DNA from: Patescibacteria group bacterium UBA5738
GTDB taxonomy: Bacteria; Patescibacteriota; Minisyncoccia; Minisyncoccales; UBA5738
Direction: 5' to 3'
DNA: 64,000 nucleotides
Assembly: GCA_002419295.1 (NCBI GenBank)
Contig: DIFW01000034.1
Span: 8,098-72,097 of the forward strand
Shown piece after piece: positions 17,830-26,015 of this stretch. Numbering within the stretch: the stretch's first letter is position 1; every line of letters starts with the position of its first letter. The notes beneath the pieces are model-generated. The model was not told the DNA's origin and did not search any database. It saw nothing but the letters and a program-made list of their open reading frames with translations. Both the position numbers and the translations under genes were made by a program.

Positions 17830-18513
17830 ATGGAAACGCAAAACAAAACCGATATTCCCGAAGAATATAAAAAAGGATTTGTTGATTTTTTGGGGTGTAA
17901 AATTGATCTATCGCGCCGCCCGCTGATCCCGCGCCCGGAAACTGAATTTTGGACCAAGTACGCGATTGTCGATCTGGCCGCGCTCGGCGCTTCAAAGATT
18001 CGTGTTTTGGACATCTTTTCCGGTTCGGGATGTGTTGGCGTCGCGGTTGCCAAAAATTTGCCGTTGTCATCGGTTGATTTTTCCGACATTGAAGCATCGG
18101 CCATTGAGCAAATAAAAATCAATTGTGAAATTAACGCCATTGCGCCCGATCACTTTCGGATTTTTAAATCCGACATTTTTGCCGGTATTCCGAAGGGCGA
18201 CTATGACGCGATTTTGGCAAACCCTCCCTATATTGATCCATCAAGAATTGGCCAGGTGCAAAAATCGGTGCTTGATTGGGAACCGGGCACGGCGCTTTTT
18301 GCCGCTGACAAAGGATTGGCGCGGATCAACGAGTTTCTGAAACAAGCCAAAGATTTTTTAACCCCGGAAGGGTTCATTTATTTGGAGTTTGATTTTTCCC
18401 AAAAAAACGATATAATAAAAATTGCCAGAGAAGAGAAATATCTTGCGGCGAAATTTTTTAGAGATCAGTTTGGCAAATGGCGATTCGCCAAAATTTTTCG
18501 CCAAAAACCGTAA
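17830..18513 (+). CDS. prmC: Release-factor glutamine N5-methyltransferase (PrmC/HemK family, short form)
   Basis: SAM-binding LDIFSGSGCVG and catalytic NPPY (LANPPYI). Confidence 0.8.
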   Translation: METQNKTDIPEEYKKGFVDFLGCKIDLSRRPLIPRPETEFWTKYAIVDLAALGASKIRVLDIFSGSGCVGVAVAKNLPLSSVDFSDIEASAIEQIKINCEINAIAPDHFRIFKSDIFAGIPKGDYDAILANPPYIDPSRIGQVQKSVLDWEPGTALFAADKGLARINEFLKQAKDFLTPEGFIYLEFDFSQKNDIIKIAREEKYLAAKFFRDQFGKWRFAKIFRQKP

Positions 18514-18530
18514 AAATCGGAAATTGGAAA

Positions 18531-18962
18531 ATGAAAAAAGTAATCGTGGTTGAAAGCGATCCGGAGCAAATCAGGCTTTACCGCCAGCTATTCCAAAAGG
18601 CGGCTTTTGATGTTGAGCTGGCGCGCACCAAGGAAGAAATGCTTGAAGAACTGCGCCAGATTCGAACCGGAGATTCTCCAAAACCCGATTTGGTGGTGAT
18701 GGATTTTATGCTTGCCGACGGCCATGGCGCCGAAGTCTTGAAAGCAATTAAAAAAAGCCACTTTACTCGCGATATTCCCGTTTTTGCCCTTACCAATTAT
18801 CAAAACCATGAATTCGAAGCGGAAGCCCGCCGTTTGCGGATCGCTCCCGACAAATATATGATCAAGGCGCATCATACTCCCGCCGAAGTGTTGGGCGAGA
18901 TGGAGCGTTGTTTGGGGCAACGGCCGCCGGGTCCGAATCGTCCGCGAATAAGATTGTCCTAA
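18531..18962 (+). CDS. Stand-alone response-regulator receiver domain protein
   Basis: KVIVVESD, phospho-acceptor region LVVMDFMLADGHG, PVFALT and KYMIKAH. ATG 18531 is preferred. Confidence 0.8.
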   Translation: MKKVIVVESDPEQIRLYRQLFQKAAFDVELARTKEEMLEELRQIRTGDSPKPDLVVMDFMLADGHGAEVLKAIKKSHFTRDIPVFALTNYQNHEFEAEARRLRIAPDKYMIKAHHTPAEVLGEMERCLGQRPPGPNRPRIRLS

Positions 18963-18977
18963 TTTGAAATATTTCGC

Positions 18978-18999
18978 GCCGCCCGCGGGGGCGGCTTTT
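18978..18999 (+). terminator. Rho-independent terminator
   Basis: GCCGCCC-gcgg-GGGCGGC followed by TTTT. Confidence 0.75.
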
Positions 19000-19078
19000 G
19001 CGTTGTAATTTATGTTTGCCGGTTTATTTTCCCGGGGGGTGTGGATAACTGCCTGATTTTAGCTTTATTCGGCTTGAT

Positions 19079-19107
19079 TTGACATTGGAAATCTATGGGT
19101 TTAAAGT
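19079..19107 (+). promoter_or_regulatory. dcw (mraZ) promoter
   Basis: TTGACA (19079-19084), 17-nt spacer, TAAAGT (19102-19107). Confidence 0.55.
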
Positions 19108-19115
19108 ATATGTAT

Positions 19116-19149
19116 GTGGAAAATGGTGGTTGATTGTGGGGATTAGTGG
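19116..19149 (+). promoter_or_regulatory. MraZ operator: four direct GTGG repeats with exact 10-bp phasing
   Basis: GTGG occurs at 19116, 19126, 19136 and 19146, immediately downstream of the -10 box. Confidence 0.7.
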
Positions 19150-19239
19150 ATAGGACATATTTTTCCATTTTAAAGATTTTTCCGCTGGAGACGGGGATAG
19201 GTCTTATGCGCGGGTTCTTGAGTTTTTGAAACAATTTCC

Positions 19240-19671
19240 ATGTTTATCGGCGAATATACATACTCCATTGACGAGAAAAAGCGATTGAGCGTGCCGCCGA
19301 AATTCCGCCGGCAGTTCAAAAAAGGAGCGGTGATTACTCGCGGACTGGATAATTGCTTGTTCTTGTATTCTCGCGATGAATGGGAAAAATTGGCCAAGAA
19401 ATTAAGTGAAATGCCGTTGTCGCGCGCCGACGCGCGCGGATTTTCCCGCATCATGCTGTCCGGCGCGATGGAAGTTGATTTTGATAACTTGGGGCGTATT
19501 TTGGTGCCGGATTATTTGAGAGAATATGCCAAGTTGAAGAAGAAAGCGGTGGTGGCCGGATTATATAATCGCGTGGAAATTTGGGGCGAAGACGAGTGGA
19601 AGGCCTATAAGGAAAAAACCGAAAAAGAAGCGGGCGACATTGCCGAAAGATTGAATGAATTGGGAGTCTAA
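19240..19671 (+). CDS. mraZ: Transcriptional regulator MraZ
   Basis: Duplicated SpoVT/AbrB-like halves (DEKKRLSVPPKFR and DNLGRILVPDYLR). Confidence 0.93.
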   Translation: MFIGEYTYSIDEKKRLSVPPKFRRQFKKGAVITRGLDNCLFLYSRDEWEKLAKKLSEMPLSRADARGFSRIMLSGAMEVDFDNLGRILVPDYLREYAKLKKKAVVAGLYNRVEIWGEDEWKAYKEKTEKEAGDIAERLNELGV

Positions 19672-19690
19672 TTTAAACTTTTGACTTTTT

Positions 19691-20563
19691 ATGACGCATA
19701 TACCGGTTTTATTGGATGAAACGATTGGAGCGCTGAATCCCAATCCCGGCGAAAATTTTATCGATGGTACTTTCGGATGGGGCGGCCACAGCTTGGCGAT
19801 TCTTGGGAAAACGGCGCCGCGGGGCATAGTTTTGGGAATTGAGCAAGACGGGGAAAGTTTGGCGGCATTGCCCGCGGCGATTAAAGAAAACCCCCGCTTG
19901 ATTTTGGAAAACGGAAACTATGCCGATATCGCCGCGATTGTCCGAAAGCATAATTTTTCAAATATCGCGGGAGTATTGTTTGATTTGGGAATGTCGTCGT
20001 GGCATGTGGATGAAAGCGGCAAGGGTTTTTCTTTTTCCAAAAACGAGCCGATTAGAATGAAATATGATTCAAGCAATCCGATTGACGCGGCCGGTATTGT
20101 GAATAATTATCCGGCCGGGGAATTGGAGAAAATTTTCAAAACCTACGGTCAGGAAAAATTTTCCAAGAAAATTGCGATTGCGATCGAAAAAGAGAGATGC
20201 CGCCGCCGGATTGAATCAACGCGGCAATTGGTTGAATTAATACGGGGCGCGGTGCCGCCGGCGCAAAAAATGTCGGCGCCGGCGCGGATATTCCAAGCAT
20301 TGAGGATTGCGGTGAACCGCGAGTTTGAAAATATCAAACATGGAATCGTTGCCGGTTTCGAAGTTTTGCGGCCCAAGGGCAGAATGGCAGTGATCACATT
20401 CCATTCCGGAGAAGATAAAATCGTTAAAGATGGATTTCGGGTGCTGGTTGATTCCGGGCGGGCCGAATTGATTTTCAAAAAACCGATAGTTTGCAGTTTG
20501 GAAGAAGCGCGCCGCAATTCTCGGGCAAGATCGGCAAAGTTGAGAGCCATAGAGAAAAAATAA
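19691..20563 (+). CDS. rsmH: 16S rRNA (cytosine1402-N4)-methyltransferase RsmH
   Basis: HIPVLL, DGTFGWGGHS, FDLGMSS, FHSGEDKIVK. Confidence 0.93.
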   Translation: MTHIPVLLDETIGALNPNPGENFIDGTFGWGGHSLAILGKTAPRGIVLGIEQDGESLAALPAAIKENPRLILENGNYADIAAIVRKHNFSNIAGVLFDLGMSSWHVDESGKGFSFSKNEPIRMKYDSSNPIDAAGIVNNYPAGELEKIFKTYGQEKFSKKIAIAIEKERCRRRIESTRQLVELIRGAVPPAQKMSAPARIFQALRIAVNREFENIKHGIVAGFEVLRPKGRMAVITFHSGEDKIVKDGFRVLVDSGRAELIFKKPIVCSLEEARRNSRARSAKLRAIEKK

Positions 20564-20652
20564 GGAAAAATGCAAATCTATTTCGCGAAAGCATATTTTC
20601 CAAAGCCGCAAGAGCAATAACTATTTGTCAAAAGTTTAATAATCAGAAAACA

Positions 20653-20976
20653 ATGAGCAAGAAAAAGCGTTCACATTTCAAAAAAGAGATTAAAAGTTTT
20701 CGAGTTTTATCGGCGCTGGCGATATGCGCGTTGCTTTCGGGAGCGGTCGCGCAACTGAATTTGCATATCCATCAAAACTCGCTCATCGGCGATCTGAAAA
20801 AAAACATCGTCGCGGTTTCGGAGGAAAACGATATTCTTGAATCAAGGCTTTCAAAATCAAATTCTTTGGATGATTTCAATCAATACCGCGTCGCTCAGGA
20901 GGAAAATTATGAAAAAGTTGACATTGACGGCGTGCGCTATGTTTATGTTTCCGAAAGCGAATTAGCTAAAAAATAG
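20653..20976 (+). CDS. FtsL-like bitopic cell-division protein
   Basis: 107 aa with a basic N-terminus, a single TM (VLSALAICALLSGAVA) and a coiled-coil-like tail. Positioned between rsmH and ftsI. ATG 20653 is preferred over the overlapping 20491 start. Confidence 0.5.
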   Translation: MSKKKRSHFKKEIKSFRVLSALAICALLSGAVAQLNLHIHQNSLIGDLKKNIVAVSEENDILESRLSKSNSLDDFNQYRVAQEENYEKVDIDGVRYVYVSESELAKK

Positions 20977-21002
20977 CGCGGCGCTCTCATATTAAGAAAG
21001 AA

Positions 21003-22649
21003 ATGATTGCCAAAAAAGCAAAAAACAGAAGTGCCGATTGGAGGGCGTATCTGGTATTTTTTTTTCTGATCGCGATCTGCGCCGGAGTGCTTTCGCGGCT
21101 GTTTTATTTGCAGATTTTTTTAGGGGAGCATTACCGGGCTTGGGCGCAGGGATTTTCGGATTACGCTCGAGACAGCCAAACCGCCGATCGCGGAGAAATA
21201 TTTTTCGCCGGAGGCCAGCCGCTGGCGATTAACCAAGATTTTTTTTATTGTTTTGCCGCGCCGATTAAAATTAAAGACAAAGAGGCCGCCGCTCGCGATA
21301 TTGCTCGGATTTTGAATCTTGACGAACAAGATCTTTTTCAAAAATTCAATCATGACTCAATGTATGCTTTCATCAAGAACAAATTGAGCGATGATGAAGT
21401 CGCGGCGATTGATGGCGCGCAAATTGACGGAATCTATGTGGAAAAGAAAAAAATGCGCCATTACCCGCAGGGGACCGTGGGGGCCCAGCTGGCCGGTTTT
21501 GTCGATGAAGACGGTAACGGCCAATATGGCCTTGAAGATTATTATAATGATGAATTGTCCGCCGGCAAAAGTATTTTTCTCAATATTGATTACAATATCC
21601 AGTATCGCGCCGAGGAAATGCTGTCTGAAGCCAAAGAGCGTTTGAACGCGGTTTCGGGTGAAGCGATTGTGGCTGATCCGGCAACCGGCGCGATTCTGGC
21701 AATGGCAAAAACTCCCAATTTCAATCCCAACGAGTATAAAACATTCGCCAAAGATGGCGTTGATATTTTCAAAAACGATTCTTGCCAGACGCTTTTTGAA
21801 CCCGGTTCGGTGTTTAAAGCCGTCACGATGGCATCTGCTCTCAACGAAAAGAAAATAACTCCCGAAACCGAGTATGTGGATACCGGTATGGTGAAAATCG
21901 GAGGTTGGCCGATTTACAATTACGGGAATCGTTCTTACGGGCGGCGGACAATGACCAATGTTTTGGAATATTCGATTAACACCGGGGTGGTTTTCGCGCA
22001 AAGCCGGCTGGGAAACCGTCTATTCGCCGATTATATTGAAAAATTCGGTATTTTTGAGCCCACCGGAATTGATTTGCCCGAAACTTTTTCATCCAACGCC
22101 GAATTTAAAAAAGGATATGAAATCAATTACGCCACCGCGGCATACGGGCAGGGGATTTGGATGACTTCGATTCAGCTTATTCGCGCCTATTCGGCGATTG
22201 CCAATGGCGGTTTGTTGTTGCGGCCTTCAATCGCCAAAACGGAACGGAAAAACACCGATGAAGCGCCGCGCCGCGTGATTGACCAAGAAACTTCAAAAAC
22301 CGTTTCAATGATGCTTGCCAGCGTGGTTGATAATGGATTCGGCAAATCCGCGAAGATCGACGGATATTCCATCGCCGGCAAAACCGGGACGGCGCAGATG
22401 TCGTGGTCCACTCTGAATGTGGATCGCCGCGGCTATTCGGACAAAACCACGCAAAGCTTCATCGGATTTTTCCCTTCCGAAAATCCGAAATTTTTAATTT
22501 TGGTCAAACTGGTGTCGCCCGAAGCCAACACTGCCGAGTATTCATCGCTTCCAGTGTTCAAAGAGCTGGCGCAATATGTCATTTATGTCTCCCAGCTTCC
22601 CCCCGAAGAAAAAGCAAGCGAAGCTACTACCGCGCCAAGCAAAAACTAA
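21003..22649 (+). CDS. ftsI: Penicillin-binding protein, class B transpeptidase (FtsI/PBP2-like)
   Basis: N-terminal TM anchor; SVFK (SxxK), SIN (SxN) and KTGTA motifs. Confidence 0.9.
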   Translation: MIAKKAKNRSADWRAYLVFFFLIAICAGVLSRLFYLQIFLGEHYRAWAQGFSDYARDSQTADRGEIFFAGGQPLAINQDFFYCFAAPIKIKDKEAAARDIARILNLDEQDLFQKFNHDSMYAFIKNKLSDDEVAAIDGAQIDGIYVEKKKMRHYPQGTVGAQLAGFVDEDGNGQYGLEDYYNDELSAGKSIFLNIDYNIQYRAEEMLSEAKERLNAVSGEAIVADPATGAILAMAKTPNFNPNEYKTFAKDGVDIFKNDSCQTLFEPGSVFKAVTMASALNEKKITPETEYVDTGMVKIGGWPIYNYGNRSYGRRTMTNVLEYSINTGVVFAQSRLGNRLFADYIEKFGIFEPTGIDLPETFSSNAEFKKGYEINYATAAYGQGIWMTSIQLIRAYSAIANGGLLLRPSIAKTERKNTDEAPRRVIDQETSKTVSMMLASVVDNGFGKSAKIDGYSIAGKTGTAQMSWSTLNVDRRGYSDKTTQSFIGFFPSENPKFLILVKLVSPEANTAEYSSLPVFKELAQYVIYVSQLPPEEKASEATTAPSKN

Positions 22650-22681
22650 AGATAATTTTGGCAAATAAAAACCTCGCAACG

Positions 22682-22710
22682 CGCCCCGCCTTCGGCGGGG
22701 CTTTGGTTTT
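22682..22710 (+). terminator. Rho-independent terminator after ftsI
   Basis: CCCCGCC-ttc-GGCGGGG followed by CTTTGGTTTT. Confidence 0.8.
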
Positions 22711-22901
22711 GCCTAATTACCTCCCGATTTGCGATTGAATTTCACGGCAGATTGAAATTAAATCTTTAATTTTCTTGTAATGTATTTGCATTCTGTCATC
22801 CTTATGAAGCTTTAATTTTAATCTTGAATTTCCGAAAAGACAGCCGAAAGAATCGTGGCGAAGCCGCGGCCAATGGTGGCAATGAGTTGTTTTCAATTAT
22901 G

Positions 22902-22973
22902 CGGCCCCAACCGGAGTCGGACCGGTGTTCCTTGGTTGAGAACCAAGTGTCCTAACCGCTAGACGATGGGGCC
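22902..22973 (-). tRNA. tRNA-Glu (anticodon CUC)
   Basis: Acceptor GGCCCCA/TGGGGCC, D arm GTCT-AGCGGTTA-GGAC, anticodon stem CTTGG/CCAAG with loop TTCTCAA, T arm ACCGG-TCCGACT-CCGGT. CCA is not encoded. Confidence 0.85.
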
Positions 22974-23091
22974 GTCTTTCACCGAATATCATAGCAGTTT
23001 TTCAATTTTTTTCCAGAGGGAAGCGCGCGCCTTGTTTGTTTTGCGATATTCTGTGATAATATAACCAAACGCGCATAATTTAAGAAAAAAT

Positions 23092-23274
23092 ATGTTTACT
23101 GACAAACAACAGGAGTTTGACAAATGCAAAACCTGCAAAATGCCGCTGGAAAATCCGCAGGACGGTTGCCCGTGCAATCCGATTTATTGTTTTCGTTGTT
23201 GTCAATGCCCGGAAGATTGCGTTTGCGGTTGCAAAAAGCGAATGAAGCGCGGCGACCAAAACGCCGATTTTTAA
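23092..23274 (+). CDS. Small cysteine-rich protein (12 Cys in 60 aa)
   Basis: CKTCK...CPCNPIYCFRCCQCPEDCVCGCKK. Preceded by the extended -10 TGaTAATAT (23054-23062). Confidence 0.5.
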   Translation: MFTDKQQEFDKCKTCKMPLENPQDGCPCNPIYCFRCCQCPEDCVCGCKKRMKRGDQNADF

Positions 23275-23289
23275 AGATACTCCTGAAAG

Positions 23290-23829
23290 ATGGAGCGAAA
23301 TAATATGAAAAAAGCCATTTTTGCGATTTTAGGCGCTTGTGTTTTGGTTGCGGGATGGGCGGTCTGGCAGAATCGTTTGGCGCCGGAAAATGGATTGCCG
23401 CCGGAAGACCGCCAGATCAATGGCGAGCGGACGCGCGCGATTTTTCTTTATTATTACAATCCCAACAACGACAAGGACGAAGCGGGAAATTTGATGTGTT
23501 CGCCGGCGGGATTGGTTGTTGCCAATCGCGAAATTGCGACAACTCAAACTCCGATACAAGACGCAATCAATTTGCTGATAAAAGGGGAGTTATCCGAAGA
23601 TGAGGCGGCGGCGGGAATTACCACCGAATTTCCGCTGGATGGGTTGGCGTTAAAGGGCGCGAATTTGGCGGATGGCGTTTTGACTTTGGAATTTAACGAT
23701 CCGCAAAACAAGACTGGCGGAGGATCGTGCCGGGTTGGGATTTTGCGGGCGCAAATTCAAGCAACGGCAAAACAATTTGCCGGCGTGGATGAAGTGCGCT
23801 TCATTCCCGAAGAATTGTTTCAGCCATAA
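23290..23829 (+). CDS. GerMN-domain protein, probable lipoprotein/secreted
   Basis: The signal sequence contains the lipobox-like LGAC. The C-terminal half (LLIKGELSEDEAAAGITTEFP...VLTLEFN...GVDEVRF) resembles GerMN. An alternative start is ATG 23305. Confidence 0.6.
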   Translation: MERNNMKKAIFAILGACVLVAGWAVWQNRLAPENGLPPEDRQINGERTRAIFLYYYNPNNDKDEAGNLMCSPAGLVVANREIATTQTPIQDAINLLIKGELSEDEAAAGITTEFPLDGLALKGANLADGVLTLEFNDPQNKTGGGSCRVGILRAQIQATAKQFAGVDEVRFIPEELFQP

Positions 23830-23914
23830 TTTTCCGCAATTTAATTTTTCTTGACTTGCGAGATTTATTAGGCGAAAATAACAGTGTAATATTTACTTTT
23901 ACCAAAGCCAAATT

Positions 23915-24244
23915 ATGATGGAAACAATTTTTTATTTTCTGGGATCGTTGTTTTTCTTTTTATGGATTGCGATTTTATTTGTAGTATTGGTTTTCGCGGT
24001 CAAAATTATGCGCCGGATTATTTCCATACAGGCAGAGATCAAAAACACGATTGACGAGGCGAAAAACACCGTCGTTGAGGTGAAAAACAAAGTGGCGGCG
24101 TTTTCCATCAGCGTTGCCGGAATCGTGGCGCTTTTAGAAAAATTAATCGATTTGAAGAACAGAGCCAGGCAAGAGAAAGAAGGTGACGCATCCAAGCAAA
24201 AAAAAGAAAAAAAATCAAAAAAATTGGCCGAAGAAGATTTCTAG
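23915..24244 (+). CDS. Small membrane protein with Lys-rich tail, unknown function
   Basis: 109 aa with an N-terminal TM (FYFLGSLFFFLWIAILFVVLVFAV) and a KEKKSKK tail. Confidence 0.5.
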   Translation: MMETIFYFLGSLFFFLWIAILFVVLVFAVKIMRRIISIQAEIKNTIDEAKNTVVEVKNKVAAFSISVAGIVALLEKLIDLKNRARQEKEGDASKQKKEKKSKKLAEEDF

Positions 24245-24245
24245 A

Positions 24246-24277
24246 ATCAAAAAATCGCGAATTGCGCTTTTTTGATT
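24246..24277. terminator. Bidirectional terminator between convergent genes
   Basis: AATCAAAAAA..GCG-aattg-CGC.TTTTTTGATT palindrome. Confidence 0.55.
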
Positions 24278-24299
24278 TTTTATTAGTGATTAGTGATTT

Positions 24300-24860
24300 C
24301 TACACTCTTTTGGAATATTCGCCGGTTTCGGTGTTGATTTCCAGAATATCGCCGGACTGGATGAAGAGCGGCGCTTGAATGGTGGCGCCGGTTTCCAAAA
24401 CCACGGCTTTTGTGCCTGATTGCGCCCGATTTCCTTTAACTCCCGGAGCGGCTTCTTTGGCTTTTAATTGCACCTTGATGGGCAATGTCACGCCGATAAT
24501 TTGTTTTTCATAAATATTGGCTTCAACCTCCATATTGGGCGCCAAAAATTTCGCGCCCGCGCCGATTTGGTTTTCGGCAAGTTCAAATCTTTTTGACGGG
24601 TCGTCAATGCGGGAAAAAACAAATTTTTCCCGATTGGCATAGATAAACTTTGCCGAAATTTTTTCAATTTCGGTTTCTTCAAAAGTATCGCCCTGGTGGA
24701 ATGTCCGCTCAAGGATTTTTCCGGTAATAAGATTTTTTATTTTCGCTTGCAAAAGCCCTGCCGCGCGCGCTTTTTTTATCTGTTGGAATTCTAATACCTC
24801 ATGGGGTTGTCCATCCATTATAAATTGCACGCCCCGCCGCAAATCGTAATAGTTCAGCAT
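24300..24860 (-). CDS. efp: Elongation factor P
   Basis: 186 aa; YDLRRGVQFIMDGQPHEVLEFQ N-terminus and the three-domain EF-P length. Confidence 0.9.
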   Translation of the reverse strand: MLNYYDLRRGVQFIMDGQPHEVLEFQQIKKARAAGLLQAKIKNLITGKILERTFHQGDTFEETEIEKISAKFIYANREKFVFSRIDDPSKRFELAENQIGAGAKFLAPNMEVEANIYEKQIIGVTLPIKVQLKAKEAAPGVKGNRAQSGTKAVVLETGATIQAPLFIQSGDILEINTETGEYSKRV

Positions 24861-24936
24861 ATTGTAATTTTAAATTATTGACTCTGCTATTTTAACAAAA
24901 TTTTTCAAAAAAAGTCAATTATGGCGATAGCAGAAA

Positions 24937-25602
24937 TTAATCGATGATGCGCCATTCAATCAACTCCTCCTTGTCCGCGTATTCCAGCCATTCTCCGCCG
25001 GAAGTGATAACATACCATTTTTTCCGATTTTCCGACCAAACCATCGGATCGCCGCGATAAAACGGTTTTTTAACAATTTCTTTCGGTTTTAATTTGTCCA
25101 ATTCCAGCCATTTTTTAAACACGGTTTCGATGGCATAATCCAGCTTGCGCGAGTTGGCCCAGTCGGCGACTTTTTTTATGGCCGTTTTTGCAATTTGGGG
25201 CGAACCGGCGAGTTCAATCAATTGTTTGGCCGGTTTGGTAAAGCGGGAATAAACAATGTCGCGCTTGCGGGCATTTTTTTTCAGTTCGGCAAGATCAACG
25301 CCCTTGGTTTCAAAAAAATAGGTGACAATCTGGCGCACGGCGGTCTCTTCGCGTAAATCTTCCAAATATTTTATTTTTCCGGTTTTGACAAGTTCTTCGA
25401 TTTTGGCGCCGATACTCTCGCCAATGCCCTTTATCCGAGGCAATTTTTTTTCTCTTCCGTAAAATTCAACCAAATCCTGAATTGAAAATTCCAAAATTTC
25501 GCCCGCTTTGCGGTAGGCGCGGATGCGAAACGGTTTTTCGCCTTTTATATCCAGCAAATCGGCGATTTCGTTTAAATTTTTAGCAATCTCCTTGTTATTC
25601 AT
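24937..25602 (-). CDS. Helix-hairpin-helix protein resembling only the N-terminal (8-kDa/HhH) part of family-X DNA polymerases, fused to an unknown C-terminal region
   Basis: NKEIAKNLNEIADLLDIKGEKPFRIRAYRKAGEIL...LPRIKGIGESIGAKIEELVKTGK. No polymerase or PHP motifs; 221 aa. Confidence 0.55.
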   Translation of the reverse strand: MNNKEIAKNLNEIADLLDIKGEKPFRIRAYRKAGEILEFSIQDLVEFYGREKKLPRIKGIGESIGAKIEELVKTGKIKYLEDLREETAVRQIVTYFFETKGVDLAELKKNARKRDIVYSRFTKPAKQLIELAGSPQIAKTAIKKVADWANSRKLDYAIETVFKKWLELDKLKPKEIVKKPFYRGDPMVWSENRKKWYVITSGGEWLEYADKEELIEWRIID

Positions 25603-25900
25603 CTAATTTTGATAGAATATTTTGATAGAATAATTTGGCCGCGAGCAGTTCTTTTTTCCCTTTTTCGGTGATTTCATAAGTTCGCCGCCGCTCTTTGGCT
25701 TTGCTCTTTACGAATCCGTCGGCTTGAAGCCGGTAAAAAACCCGATAGGGCGTAATCTTGCCCGGACGAAAACCGAATTTTCCTTCAATTAAATCGGGAA
25801 TTTCCCAGCCGTAGCGCGGTTTTTCCGCCAAAAGAGCCATGATATAAACCCAGAGATTTTCTTTGGTGTTTGATTTTTTTAATCGTTGAAGAGGAAGCAT
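25595..25900 (-). CDS. PadR-family transcriptional regulator
   Basis: LWVYIMALLAEKPRYGWEI...ITPYRVFYRLQADGFV...RRRTYEITEKGKKEL. It overlaps the downstream HhH gene by 8 nt. Confidence 0.8.
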   Translation of the reverse strand: MLPLQRLKKSNTKENLWVYIMALLAEKPRYGWEIPDLIEGKFGFRPGKITPYRVFYRLQADGFVKSKAKERRRTYEITEKGKKELLAAKLFYQNILSKLDE

Positions 25901-26015
25901 GGAATAGTTTAAAAATTAAAGCGAAAAAGTAAAAATTTAAATCTCGAAATCAACATCATTTGACATACTATTTTACAATGGTAAAATAGCTGTATACCGT
26001 AAAATAACGGATAAT

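Noticed and set aside
21357-22001. 214-aa minus-strand ORF
   Set aside because: It is antisense to the ftsI/PBP gene.
22711-22901. Non-coding stretch downstream of tRNA-Glu, considered as a second RNA gene
   Set aside because: No cloverleaf or conserved RNA motif could be folded by eye.
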